A DNA stretch of 61,379 nt, filler included, from Candidatus Aminicenantales bacterium (GTDB lineage Bacteria > Acidobacteriota > Aminicenantia > Aminicenantales > Saccharicenantaceae), in assembly GCA_049512315.1 (NCBI GenBank). It is 4 parts of 4 records of this genome, joined end to end, with 100 filler letters (N's around TTAATTAATTAA, not from the genome) between each part and the next. Parts side by side here need not be neighbours in the genome. Positions count along the whole stretch, not along the records: positions 1 to 19,268 come from JBEKXF010000050.1; positions 19,369 to 34,184 come from JBEKXF010000051.1; 2 more parts are not named here. The stretch is one strand, 5' to 3'. Below the pieces are notes generated by a model that saw nothing but the letters and a program-made list of their open reading frames with translations, had not been told where the DNA came from and searched no databases. A program made the position numbers and the translations under genes. This document shows positions 14,938-24,571 of the stretch, piece after piece; within the stretch, counting starts at the first letter, position 1; each line of letters opens with the position of its first letter.

Positions 14938-17792
14938 TCAGCTCTTCCTCCCCTCCCTAGGCCATATATCCAGCCAATAGTCCTTGCCGTTTTCTTGCAA
15001 CCCCCAAGCTTCGAGGCCGGCCTTCTCCACCGTTTCGTTCAGCAGGCACGGCAGGTCCTTCGCCTGGCTGGGGTCCATGCCCAGGGCATCCATCAGTTGC
15101 TCTGCCGAGATAAGGAAATCGTGGTCTTGATCCTCTGTGGGGCCTAGTGAGTATTCCCTCTGGTGGTCGGCGCGCGTGAATATATCCATCGTAAATTCGC
15201 GCGCCAGCTCTCCCTTTATGTTCGCCAGGTGCTTGGCCATGGACATGGGGCTCTTGTAGTACTTCTGGAAGTCCTTCAGCTTCATCTCCTCCGCGTTATC
15301 GACCATAAGCTTGTACAAGTCCTGCGGAGACAGGGATCTTATTCTCTCGCGCTTATCGTAGATGACGTAGCGCAGGATAAGATAGAAGTAGTCGTCCTCG
15401 ACGGCGAACAGGTCCTTCTTCTCGTTCATCTTCTGCATGATCAGGCGGAACAGGAACTTGAGGCCCCAGCCGCAAACGGTCCTTCCGAAGCACTCCCGTC
15501 TGCCACCCGCGAGATGCACGTGGGCGGCTCCCAGTCCGGGCCCTGCAGGCGCATGTAATCCTGCTCGGCCCGCAGGATCTTCACCACCGAGTTTAAATTC
15601 ACTAAGGCTTCGGTCATGATTGCCGAACGGCGTTCGAGCAGCGTGCGGACAAGGTAGGCGCGGGGCATGGGATTATCGATCTTCTTCGTGTTGAACAGCA
15701 TCAGCCGGCTCACGAAGTCGTCCCGCTTGAACTTCGGCTCCCGCGAAGTGATGGCGATGAAGCAGTGGGGCGTGGCCCGGACGACATCGATGTCCGTGTA
15801 AAGCTTCCTCTTCTCCACGGTCCCGCCGGTGGCCGCCACGCAGAGCACGTTCAGGACGTCGGCCTCGATGTGCTTGTCGAGGTTGTCGAAAACGACGTAG
15901 TGGTTGCGCACCAGCACCGTCTTGAGGTCCTCGGCCGTGCCCGGCTCGTGGCGGCTCTCGAACCTGTCCCCGAAGAAGATCTTCCCAATCGAGGTCGCGA
16001 TGAAGCTCTTGCCGCTCTCTTTTTGGCCGACGAAGCAGGCGATCGGCTTGTCCCTCATGATGGATTCGAAGAACAGGGAATAGAAGACGATGACGAGCAG
16101 GAACTTCTGCTCCTCCGGGCATAGGGGGTTTTCCTGGTCCTCCGTGAACGAGGCTCGGTCGATGAGGAACTGCTTCAGCAGGCTGCCGTCGCGGCAGAAG
16201 CGTTCGAGCGATAGTCCGAGGCGGCTTGACGAGGGAAACGTTATCTTCGTTCCGCCGACTTCGATGGCCGCCTCGGGCCTGAACGCCTCGAAATAGTTGA
16301 CCGCCTTCTGCTCCGGGTCGAAAGCGAACGGCGCGAGCGTCGGGTCGTATTCGAAGAACACCCCGTCGACGCCGTTCATGTAGCGCTCGACCTTTTCTCC
16401 GTCGAGCCGGTAGACGCCGTTATCATGGTCGCTGATGTACAGGACGAGCTTCTCGGGGTCCCAGTAGGCGAACCGGCGAGGCGTCACCTTCTCCCGCAGC
16501 TTCCAGTTGATGACGGTCTTGATCTCGTCCCGGATCTCGCAGAAGTCCCGCTCAGGGACGCTGTACCGGTTCCTCACGTAAGTGTAGAAATCGGTGCCGT
16601 CGACGCCCATCAGGATCTTCTCCTCGTTGTCGAAGAAGTAGTACAGGTCCTGTTCTCCGTCCTTGAACCCCCTCCCTGCGGCGTTCTCGCTCAGAAGGAG
16701 GTCGGTCGTCACGAAGCGCAGGATCGCCTTCCGCTTTTCATCGGCGGTGAGCCCCTTCTCCCGCCTGATTTCCGAGATGCGGCGCGACCCGGGGGCCTCT
16801 TCCTTGCTCCTCTGCTCGATGTAGGCCAGCCCCTTCCGAACGTCCCATTGCAGGTCGGCCTCGCCTGACGCCATGATCCGGTCCGAGCACCCGAGGAAGG
16901 GGTTGAAAAACACGCTCTTGATCGTCTCGTAGTCGTACCCGCCCGCGGCCAGGGAGCAGATGATTGACATGTCCCTCCCGCTTCGGGTTTTGTCTCCCGC
17001 CTTCGTTTTCAAGAGGGCGCCCGTTAGGATCAGCTTTTTCGTCCTGGACTCGACCTGGAGCCTCTCGACGTCGGCCTTCGCCGCTGCGGCGTCCCTTAGG
17101 CTGACGGTCAGGGTCTTGGTGCCGAAGGCGGGTAGCGGCTCATCGAGTCCGGCGGGCTCCTGGTAGCCGGCGTCCTCGAACCGCTCGAAATCCTCCAGCC
17201 CGTATGCCTGGTCCGTGAGGGCCAGAATCCGGCATGCGATGGGCCCTCCTTCCTTGATGTTCAGGGTGCCAGGAAGCCTGAGGCAGGAGTCGAGGTTCAC
17301 CCTGCTGCGGTCGGCCCCCAGTTCCTTCACGAGCCCGGCAAGGATCCGCTTGAACCGGAACCTCTGTTCACCGGCCAGGCCGATGATCGGTTCGGCTAGT
17401 ACCCAGTAGCAGTGACAACCGTGGCCCGAGTCGACCACGATGGACGGGGCGATTGGGAATCCCTGCACGCGCCGCAGTGCCTCTTCCTTGCCCCCCTCGA
17501 AGTCTTTCCCGTCGACGTCGGCCCACAGGCAGACGATGTCCTTGATGTCGTCTTGTTTCTTGGCTTGGCTGAGGGGCCGGGGGTTCACCCCGAGATAGAC
17601 GTGGCAAGCAGCGTTGCGCTGATTGATTTCGGCCCAATTTTCCTCGCCGACCTCGCCACGGCGGCAGAACTTAGAGACGACGTCTTGGCCGACGAACCTG
17701 AGTTCAACATGGCCATCGTTGTCCTTGAAGTAGTTAGAAAATACGGTCTCGATGAAGCGGTTAGCTTCCAGAAGATTCTTCGTGGTTTCCAT
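14938..17792 (-). pseudogene. RepB-like (AEP) primase fused to helicase-like ATPase, split by a 1-nt frameshift
   Basis: LWADVD, DSGHGCHCYW, LRLPGTLN, Walker A GQKESGKS and VVFDN. Restoring one T between 15497 and 15498 joins the two ORFs as RVADWECFG. Confidence 0.8.
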
Positions 17793-17949
17793 TAGTTTCT
17801 CCCATTAGTTCAAATTTCCGTCCTTGATAGATCTTCCCGTCAAGGGGTTGCCCTGTGCGAAGGTTGTTCACGTAAAGCTGGCGGATGCACAGGAAAGTCA
17901 CGCCATCTTCAGTGATGAGAATTAGTTTGGCTTGATGCTTTGTGTCCAT
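17761..17949 (-). CDS. Hypothetical protein
   Basis: 62-aa ORF with GGAGGT SD, overlapping the primase start. Confidence 0.55.
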   Translation of the reverse strand: MDTKHQAKLILITEDGVTFLCIRQLYVNNLRTGQPLDGKIYQGRKFELMGETNGNHEESSGS

Positions 17950-17962
17950 GACACCTCCCTTT

Positions 17963-18217
17963 TTATTTTTCTTTGAATACCAGGTTGCAAGCCTCGATGC
18001 CTGAGTCTGGGTCGGCCTCTTCCGAGACCACTTGCAGTAGCTCCAGGATTTTGTTGTTGAGCCGGTCTCGCTGTTCGAGACCGCACTGTTTGAAAGCAGC
18101 GCCTATCTCTTCGTGTTTGGCGCTCATCTCGACGAGTTGGGCCTTGACGTTTTCGATGGCCCTCTCCACGTTTGGAGGTTGGAATTCTTCCGAATTCTGG
18201 TCTGAGCGATGATTCAT
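17963..18217 (-). CDS. Hypothetical protein (helical)
   Basis: 84-aa ORF with AAGGAG SD, first gene of the replication operon. Confidence 0.6.
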   Translation of the reverse strand: MNHRSDQNSEEFQPPNVERAIENVKAQLVEMSAKHEEIGAAFKQCGLEQRDRLNNKILELLQVVSEEADPDSGIEACNLVFKEK

Positions 18218-18425
18218 GTCGACTCCTTATAAGTTTATATTTTTATAGGGCAATGGATGCCCTGCGGGTAGACGTCCGGGGTTAGAACTGCGTGGATTCG
18301 ATAGATCAGAGACTGGGTGCTTGGGAGGGAAAGTACTGTTCTAAAATGGCCACAGAAGGCCCGCCAAACCGCAGCACCCGAAACGCAAACCTTTTCGAAG
18401 CCCCTCTTATATTCTAAGAGGGTGT

Positions 18426-18746
18426 AGGGGAGATAAAGATTTAATTATTTCTGAAAAGTGTTTCGGGAACGGTTTTCTCTATTGTGCTTTCTTAAAGTTC
18501 CCCCTTAATGGCGTAAGGGGGATAAGGGGGATTAGGACATCAAAACAAAGTCTTGGGACGCGTCTTTGTTCTTGAAATACCGACCTTTCCAAGCTCCTCA
18601 ATTACAGAGGGGGATAAGGGGGTTAAGATCTAAGAAAAAGGTCTTGAGAGGCGCTTTTGTGGTCCCTCTTGTTCTTTAGGCACGAGTAGGCAGGATTAGG
18701 CAATTTTAGGCGAATTTTGTGACGTACAGGTGACGCGGGTGTGACG
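18426..18746. repeat. ~91-bp degenerate repeats followed by helically phased TAGGC x4 and GTGACG x3
   Basis: AGGGGGATAAGGGGG at 18516 and 18608 (degenerate copy at 18426). TAGGC at 18677/18687/18697/18707. GTGACG at 18719/18730/18741. Confidence 0.75.
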
Positions 18747-19133
18747 CGGTCTGTGCCTGCCGTCCGGGGCCCCCGGGGGTATGGGACCAACGCCGCGATC
18801 GTGCGCGGAAGGGGCGATCGTGACCTCTAAAAATATTCACCATAGTTTTCATTAAAGGGCCCTGTTCTGCTAATACTCCAACGGTCTTACCCTAACTCCC
18901 GACAAGTGATCTATGCACCTGCCAATATGCGACGCCTGGCGAAGCACCTCCCGGGATCTCATCTTTCCGGATTTTTTGGCAATCAACTCATGGAGGCCGG
19001 CCCTTGCCCCTCTTCATCATCCATCCTGTTTTTTATTAATATCTTGATCAGGTCAGGGCACGATCCGGCTTGACGCCGGCGGGAGGATATTCCAGAATGA
19101 GAGGAGGACAAGAGGCGAGGTTCGAGGTCAATA

Positions 19134-19268
19134 ATGCGGATACTGATCATCGAGGACGAAGGCAAGATCGCTGCGTTTCTCAAACGGGGGCTCAAGGAAG
19201 AAGGTTACGCTGTGGATGTGGCTGCCGACGGAGAGCAGGGCTATTTCCTGGCCTCCACCCAGGACTGC
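19134..19268 (+). CDS. OmpR-family response regulator, truncated by contig end
   Basis: MRILIIEDEGKIAAFLKRGLKEEGYAVD. Confidence 0.88.
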
Positions 19269-19368
19269 NNNNNNNNNNNNNNNNNNNNNNNNNNNNNNNN
19301 NNNNNNNNNNNNTTAATTAATTAANNNNNNNNNNNNNNNNNNNNNNNNNNNNNNNNNNNNNNNNNNNN
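19269..19368. other. Artificial contig linker
   Basis: 44 N + TTAATTAATTAA (stops in all frames) + 44 N. Confidence 0.98.
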
Positions 19369-19838
19369 AGGTTGTCGCCCGGGATGTATTCCATGGAGAT
19401 GAAATAGGTCCCCTCGCAGTTCCCGAGGTCGTAGATGCGGCAAACGTTCTTGTGGGAGATGCGGCGGGCCAGTTTGAGCTCGTTCCGGAAGCGCTCGATC
19501 ATCCTCTCGTCGAGGCTGATGTCCGGGCTGAGCAACTTCAGGGCGACGGCTTCGCTGATCTCCCGGTCGATAGCTTTGTAGACGCGGCCCATGCCGCCGC
19601 GGCCGAGCTCGTCGCAGATGCGGTAGCGGCCAGCGAACACGGCCCCGGGGACGATCTCGCCGCAGGGAACGCGCGTGGTTAGGGTCGGGGATGGCGGGGG
19701 AGTGCGGAGGGTCGGGGATAAAGGTCGGGAGGGAGAGGATGGAGGAGCAGCGGCCTGATTGGGATGGAGGGGAGCGGCGCAGTTCCCGCAGAACCGGGTC
19801 TCCGAAACGTTCTCGAACTGGCAATGAGGGCATTTCAT
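19369..19838 (-). CDS. Zn-ribbon Ser/Thr kinase, truncated by contig end (paralogue of 7588-10698)
   Basis: CPHC..CGNC, LGRGGMGRVY, ERFRNELKLARRISHKNVCR. Confidence 0.9.
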
Positions 19839-20005
19839 GAGAAAAATCCCCTCTTAATTAGCAAAATCTTGCCCAACTCCAAGTTGACGATTGCGCGCTG
19901 ACTGAATGGAACTTTATAATAGAAGGGTGGCCCTGTCAAGATGGGCAAAACGGGCGATAAGCTAGCGTTTTCTCTGGGTTGCGGGTGGCCGGGAAGGGAT
20001 GCGGC

Positions 20006-20132
20006 GGAAATTCGGTGACATGATCCAAATCTCTTGATTTGGTGCGTGTCACCATAATTTCCCAGGGTGTATCGTGTCACAGGAGCTTCCCTATATGAAT
20101 TTCGGTAATGAGTTGTGTGTCACCGTAATTCC
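20006..20132. repeat. REP-like palindromic element, copy 1
   Basis: GAAATTCGGTGACA...TGTCACC hairpin plus two further GTGTCAC arms. Confidence 0.8.
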
Positions 20133-20180
20133 CGGTAGGATAAGACGGTTGGCGTCCGATTTGTTTTAGCGAGGTCCGAC

Positions 20181-21200
20181 ATGATGACACGATTCGCTCA
20201 GTCCATTCTTGGTCATCCCGGCCGCCTGGCCATGCCTATCGGCGTATACGCCGGGCTCGAGATCACGGGCGGCACGATCCGCGACATCGTCACCGACCCC
20301 AAGGCCCAGGCCGCGGCGGTCCTCGCCCTGCACGAGAGGCTCCGGACACCCATCCTGCTCACGGCCATGGACCTGAGCGCCGAGTCCGAGGCGTTCGGCT
20401 GCGAGATCCGGATGTCGCCGACCGAGATCCCGACGGTGATCGGCAGGAAAGTCACGGGCCCCGCTGACCTCAAGACCCTGCCGGCGCCTAAGCCGGGTGA
20501 CGCCAGGACCGCCGTCCATCTCGAATCCGCGCGCCTGATCAGGAAGGCGGTCGTCTCGCCGGTCGTGGGCTGCATGATTGGCCCGTTCTCGCTCGCCGGC
20601 CGGATCTTCGGCGTGAGTGAGGCCCTCGAGGCCACGGCCCTGGAGCCCGAGATTATCCTGGCGCTTCTCGAAAATGTTGTGGAATTCCAGATCGCCTACG
20701 CCAGGGCTTTTCGGGAAACAGGGATCTCGGCGGTCATCATTGCGGAACCCGCGGCCGGGTTGCTATCGCCGGCTGGGCTGGGGCGCTTCTCGGCGCCGTT
20801 TGTCAAGCGGATCGTCGAGGGGGCCCAGACCTGGGATTTCGCGGTCATCCTCCACAACTGCGGTGCGAAGCTCATCCACCTGGACAAGGTCCTCGAGTCG
20901 GGCGCCGAAATCTATCACTTCGGGACGCCGATGGACATCGTCGCGGCCCTAGAGCGGGCGGCAGGCCAGGTCATCCTGGGCGGAAATCTCGACCCGGCAG
21001 CCGTCTTCCTCAACGGGACGCCGGACTCCGTGCGGACCGCGACGCTGGCGCTCCTCGACGCGACCAAGGACCACAAGAATTATTTCATTTCGTCCGGATG
21101 CGACATCCCGCCGGGGACGCCGTTGGTGAACCTCGAGGCGTTTTATAAGGCCGTCGCGGACTTCAGCGGCCGCGCCCACACGGCCTACCTACCGTCCTGA
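20181..21200 (+). CDS. Uroporphyrinogen decarboxylase / MtaA-CmuA methyltransferase family protein
   Basis: DLSAESEAFG, GPFSLA, ILHNCG, GNLDP, SSGCDIP (Zn-binding HxC...C). Confidence 0.88.
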   Translation: MMTRFAQSILGHPGRLAMPIGVYAGLEITGGTIRDIVTDPKAQAAAVLALHERLRTPILLTAMDLSAESEAFGCEIRMSPTEIPTVIGRKVTGPADLKTLPAPKPGDARTAVHLESARLIRKAVVSPVVGCMIGPFSLAGRIFGVSEALEATALEPEIILALLENVVEFQIAYARAFRETGISAVIIAEPAAGLLSPAGLGRFSAPFVKRIVEGAQTWDFAVILHNCGAKLIHLDKVLESGAEIYHFGTPMDIVAALERAAGQVILGGNLDPAAVFLNGTPDSVRTATLALLDATKDHKNYFISSGCDIPPGTPLVNLEAFYKAVADFSGRAHTAYLPS

Positions 21201-21210
21201 AATTCGAGGA

Positions 21211-21345
21211 GGAAATTCGGTGACATGAACGAATTCTCTTGAATTCGTATCGTGTCACCTGAATTTCCTGGCGGGTATCGTGTCACCTAAATTTCAACCG
21301 TGTCGCGTCCGTGAATTTCGGTAATTAGTTGTGTGTCACCGAATT
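21211..21345. repeat. REP-like palindromic element, copy 2
   Basis: Direct-orientation copy of 20006-20132 with compensatory stem changes. Confidence 0.8.
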
Positions 21346-22724
21346 TTCGATGAGCCAACCGCCACCGGCGTGATCTCCGACGCCGGCCCGTCGAGCTTGA
21401 GCTCGACCAGCGTATCGATATCCTTCCTGAATTCCTTCGCCACCTTGATGCTGATGCCGTGGCCGTCCTGTTTGACGTCCGCCTGACCGCCCATCAGCGG
21501 CTTCCATGACACGACTTTTTTCCCGACCGGCGGCAGCACAAGACCTCTCTCCGGCCAGTCGAAAACGTGGACGTAGATCGAATCGCCCTTGTATGTACTC
21601 GCGCCCCACGTGCCTGGCTTGAACGGCCCGCCCCGCGTCTCGTAGATCGTCTGACCGTATGCGTCCAGCCACTGTCCGATCTCCTTGAGCCTGTCCACCT
21701 GGCGCGCCTCGATCCGGCCGTCCGGCATGGGGCCGACGTTGAGGAGGAGGTTGCCGTCGCCGCCCGCGCACCGGATGAGGGTCTGTAGGCATTCCTTGAA
21801 GGATTTGAGCTTGTCGTTGGGCTTCCAGGACCACTGCTCGCAGATCGTGATGCACGATTCCCAAGGCCTGTCGTTCTGGAAATTCCCGATTTCCTGCTCG
21901 GGAGTGTCGTAATCGCCCCCGGCGGTCTCCGCGGTGATCGAGCCGTCCTTCCCGGGCCGCTTGGCCGAGCCGACGCGGTTATTGATGATGATGGACGGCT
22001 GGAGCCCGCGGACATAGTTGTAGAGGTCCTGGCCGCGGTCCGGATTCCAGGGCTTCTCCCATTGCCCGTCGAACCACATGATGCCCAGCGGCCCGTAGTT
22101 CCTGATGATCTCGGCCAGCTGGCCTTTAAGGTAGGCGACGTAACGGTCCATGTTGGCGGAGGGTTTCTCGGCCTTGCCGCCCGGGCTGTCCGTGGGATAG
22201 TCCGGATGGTGCCAGTCGAGGATCGAGTGGTAAGTGCTGAAGACAATATCCTGCTTCCGGCAGGCCGCGGCCAGCTCCTTGAGGATGTCGCGGTGGAACG
22301 GCGTGTTCATGATGTTGTAATCGGTGAGTTTCGTGTCCCAGATGCAGAACCCGTCGTGGTGCTTGGAGGTGATGACGATGTATTTCATGCCGGCCTGCTT
22401 GGCGACCCGAACCCAGGCCTCGGCGTCGAAGAGCGTCGGGTTGAACTTCTTGTAGAGCTGGTCGTATTCGGCAGCCGGGACCTCGGCCCCGCGCGACCAG
22501 CCGATCTCCGTGCCCTTGAGAGTGACCGGCCCCCAGTGGATGAACATCCCAAACCGGGCTTCGCGCCACCAGGCCAGGCGTGCCTCACGCTCATTGGGAG
22601 TTTCGCCCGGCGTGAGGCCAGGAGAAGCGCCCGAGGAAGCAGCCGTGGAGAGACTGATCAGCATACCGGCCAGAAATAGAAAGAAAAAAATCCCGAGGCT
22701 GAAAATTCTCCCATGCTTTTTCAT
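21336..22724 (-). CDS. Alpha-L-fucosidase (GH29), secreted
   Basis: WWREARFGMFIHWG, KHHDGF, MWFDG, LLLNVGP; signal peptide. Confidence 0.93.
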   Translation of the reverse strand: MKKHGRIFSLGIFFFLFLAGMLISLSTAASSGASPGLTPGETPNEREARLAWWREARFGMFIHWGPVTLKGTEIGWSRGAEVPAAEYDQLYKKFNPTLFDAEAWVRVAKQAGMKYIVITSKHHDGFCIWDTKLTDYNIMNTPFHRDILKELAAACRKQDIVFSTYHSILDWHHPDYPTDSPGGKAEKPSANMDRYVAYLKGQLAEIIRNYGPLGIMWFDGQWEKPWNPDRGQDLYNYVRGLQPSIIINNRVGSAKRPGKDGSITAETAGGDYDTPEQEIGNFQNDRPWESCITICEQWSWKPNDKLKSFKECLQTLIRCAGGDGNLLLNVGPMPDGRIEARQVDRLKEIGQWLDAYGQTIYETRGGPFKPGTWGASTYKGDSIYVHVFDWPERGLVLPPVGKKVVSWKPLMGGQADVKQDGHGISIKVAKEFRKDIDTLVELKLDGPASEITPVAVGSSKIR

Positions 22725-22981
22725 GTCTCCCCCTCGTCGGCGCATCTTTTTTATCGCTTTTTCGCTGCCGGCCCATTTTCTTCGAAATGATCGGATTTAT
22801 CAAGCACGAGCTGCGCCCCAAATTGTCAACGCCTATCCGTAATGGCCGGCCAACGTGTCTTTACCAAGCTCTTGCCGATTGGCCTTCTCGGGAGGACTCT
22901 CGCTTGATTGCGTTCGAACAAAAAAGGTAGGATGAGGAGGCGAAAAATCCGGGATTGGTATGACAACAGGGAGAATGCGTC

Positions 22982-24559
22982 ATGCTGAAAAGGCGATCAA
23001 CGGATCCGTGGACATGGCTTGCCCGCGCCGGCCTTCTACTCTTTGTCCTGGCCGCGCGCCTGGCCGCCGCGGCCCCGGGATGTAGCACGGTTGTCGTCGG
23101 AAAGAAGGTATCGCTCACGGGCGAGGTCCTGCTCGGTCATAACGAAGACAACGAAGGCCGCCTGGTCGTCGCCTGTTACAGGATGCCCCGGTTGAAGCAC
23201 ACTCCAGGCGAAATAATCGCTCTTGAGGAGGGGAAGGCCAAGATCCCACAGGTCGCGGAGACGGCTGCCTATCTCTGGTGGGAGACCATCGCTGACTGGA
23301 AAGCGTCGTACAGCGACGATTTCATCAACGAGTGGGGCGTCGCTGTGATCAGCGATAGCTGCTGGCCGTCCAAGGAAACCGAGGGGGAGCTCGTTGAAGG
23401 GGGGATCGGCTACGGATTGAGGCGCATCATTGTCGAGAGGGCGAGGACGGCCCGGGAAGGAGTCGATATCGCGGCGGGGCTCGTCGACCGTTATGGCTAT
23501 GCCGATTCGGGTCGGACCTATATCATCGCCGACAAGAACGAGGGCTGGCTGTTCGAGGTCGTCATGGGCAAGCATTACGTGGCCCGGCGCGTCGCCGACG
23601 ATGAGGTCGCCTTCATCCCGAACTGGTACACGATCCGGGAAGTGGATTTCAAGGACAAGGAGCAGTGGGTCGTCTCGCCGGATCTCGTTTCGTACGCGGT
23701 GCAGCGCGGCTGGTTCGTGCCTAAGGTGCCGGGAGATACGAGCGATTTCGTTTTCGCCAAGGCCTACATGAGCCCAGAGATGTACGATACGAACTGGAAA
23801 GTGACCCAGGACCCACGGCGGGACTACAATGTTCTTCGACACAAATATGCCCTGGAGATGATCACGGGCGGGAGTTTCGGATACGGCCGGGACTATCCGT
23901 TCGCCGTGAAGCTGGCCCGGAAGATGGGCCCGGAAGACCTCATGGCGCTGTTCAGGACACACTATGAGGGGAAGCCGGATTACCGCACGACAAGCCCGGC
24001 GAATTCTCCGCATTCCCTGGCCACGATCTGCGCCTCTGAGACCCAGGAGAGCCTGATCTTCCAGTTCCGGGAGAACCCGGATTTCACGGCCGTCTGGTGG
24101 ACCGCGGGGAGGCCCTGCACGAGCGCCTATGTTCCCTGGTATTTGGGGATCCAGCGGGTTCCGGAAGGGTATGGCTGGAAGGACCCGGTCGAGGCAATGG
24201 CGAGTCATTTCAAGCCGTCGGAGGACGATCTGAGTCGCAATCCTGATCGGGCCTGGTGGGCGTTTATGGACCTACAGAACGGGCTCGAGCCGCGATATTT
24301 CGGGGACGATAAGGAGCGGGAGGCGGGAGCGTACGCCGGGCGGGACGTGCTCAGGGTCCAGAAGAGGTGGGGGGAGTTGGAGAAGCTTTGGCTGGGCCGT
24401 CAGAAAGCCGTGGAGGCTGAGGCCAATGCGTTGGAGAAGAAGGGCGCTGAGGCAGTTCGCGAATACCTGACCCGTTACACCTCAGACCAGGCCAAGAAGG
24501 CCTCGGCAGCCGCTAGAGAGATGGCCGGGGTTTTAGGCTCAGAAAAAGGCAAGAAATAG
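22982..24559 (+). CDS. C69-family dipeptidase (Ntn hydrolase)
   Basis: Signal peptide followed by CSTVVVGKK..TG..LLGHNED; INEWGV; ERARTAREG. Confidence 0.88.
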   Translation: MLKRRSTDPWTWLARAGLLLFVLAARLAAAAPGCSTVVVGKKVSLTGEVLLGHNEDNEGRLVVACYRMPRLKHTPGEIIALEEGKAKIPQVAETAAYLWWETIADWKASYSDDFINEWGVAVISDSCWPSKETEGELVEGGIGYGLRRIIVERARTAREGVDIAAGLVDRYGYADSGRTYIIADKNEGWLFEVVMGKHYVARRVADDEVAFIPNWYTIREVDFKDKEQWVVSPDLVSYAVQRGWFVPKVPGDTSDFVFAKAYMSPEMYDTNWKVTQDPRRDYNVLRHKYALEMITGGSFGYGRDYPFAVKLARKMGPEDLMALFRTHYEGKPDYRTTSPANSPHSLATICASETQESLIFQFRENPDFTAVWWTAGRPCTSAYVPWYLGIQRVPEGYGWKDPVEAMASHFKPSEDDLSRNPDRAWWAFMDLQNGLEPRYFGDDKEREAGAYAGRDVLRVQKRWGELEKLWLGRQKAVEAEANALEKKGAEAVREYLTRYTSDQAKKASAAAREMAGVLGSEKGKK

Positions 24560-24571
24560 CCGCCTTAACCC

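Larger units (their letters stand above)
4470..18800 (-). mobile_element. Putative integrated phage-satellite-like / prophage-remnant element (boundaries approximate)
   Basis: Co-oriented primase-helicase, tyrosine recombinase, terminase large subunit and orphans, plus iteron-like repeats. No att repeats found by eye. Confidence 0.65.

Noticed and set aside
18426..18746. Possible CRISPR array
   Set aside because: Repeats are too short or degenerate, there are no unique spacers of regular length, and no cas genes are present.
19269..19368. TTAATTAATTAA palindrome within N runs, repeated three times in the window
   Set aside because: Artificial contig-joining linker. ORFs running into it, and gene adjacency across it, are artefacts.
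20006..21345. Possible CRISPR or attC cassette array
   Set aside because: Only two composite copies, no GTTRRRY/RYYYAAC ends and no integron integrase. REP-like is the better description.
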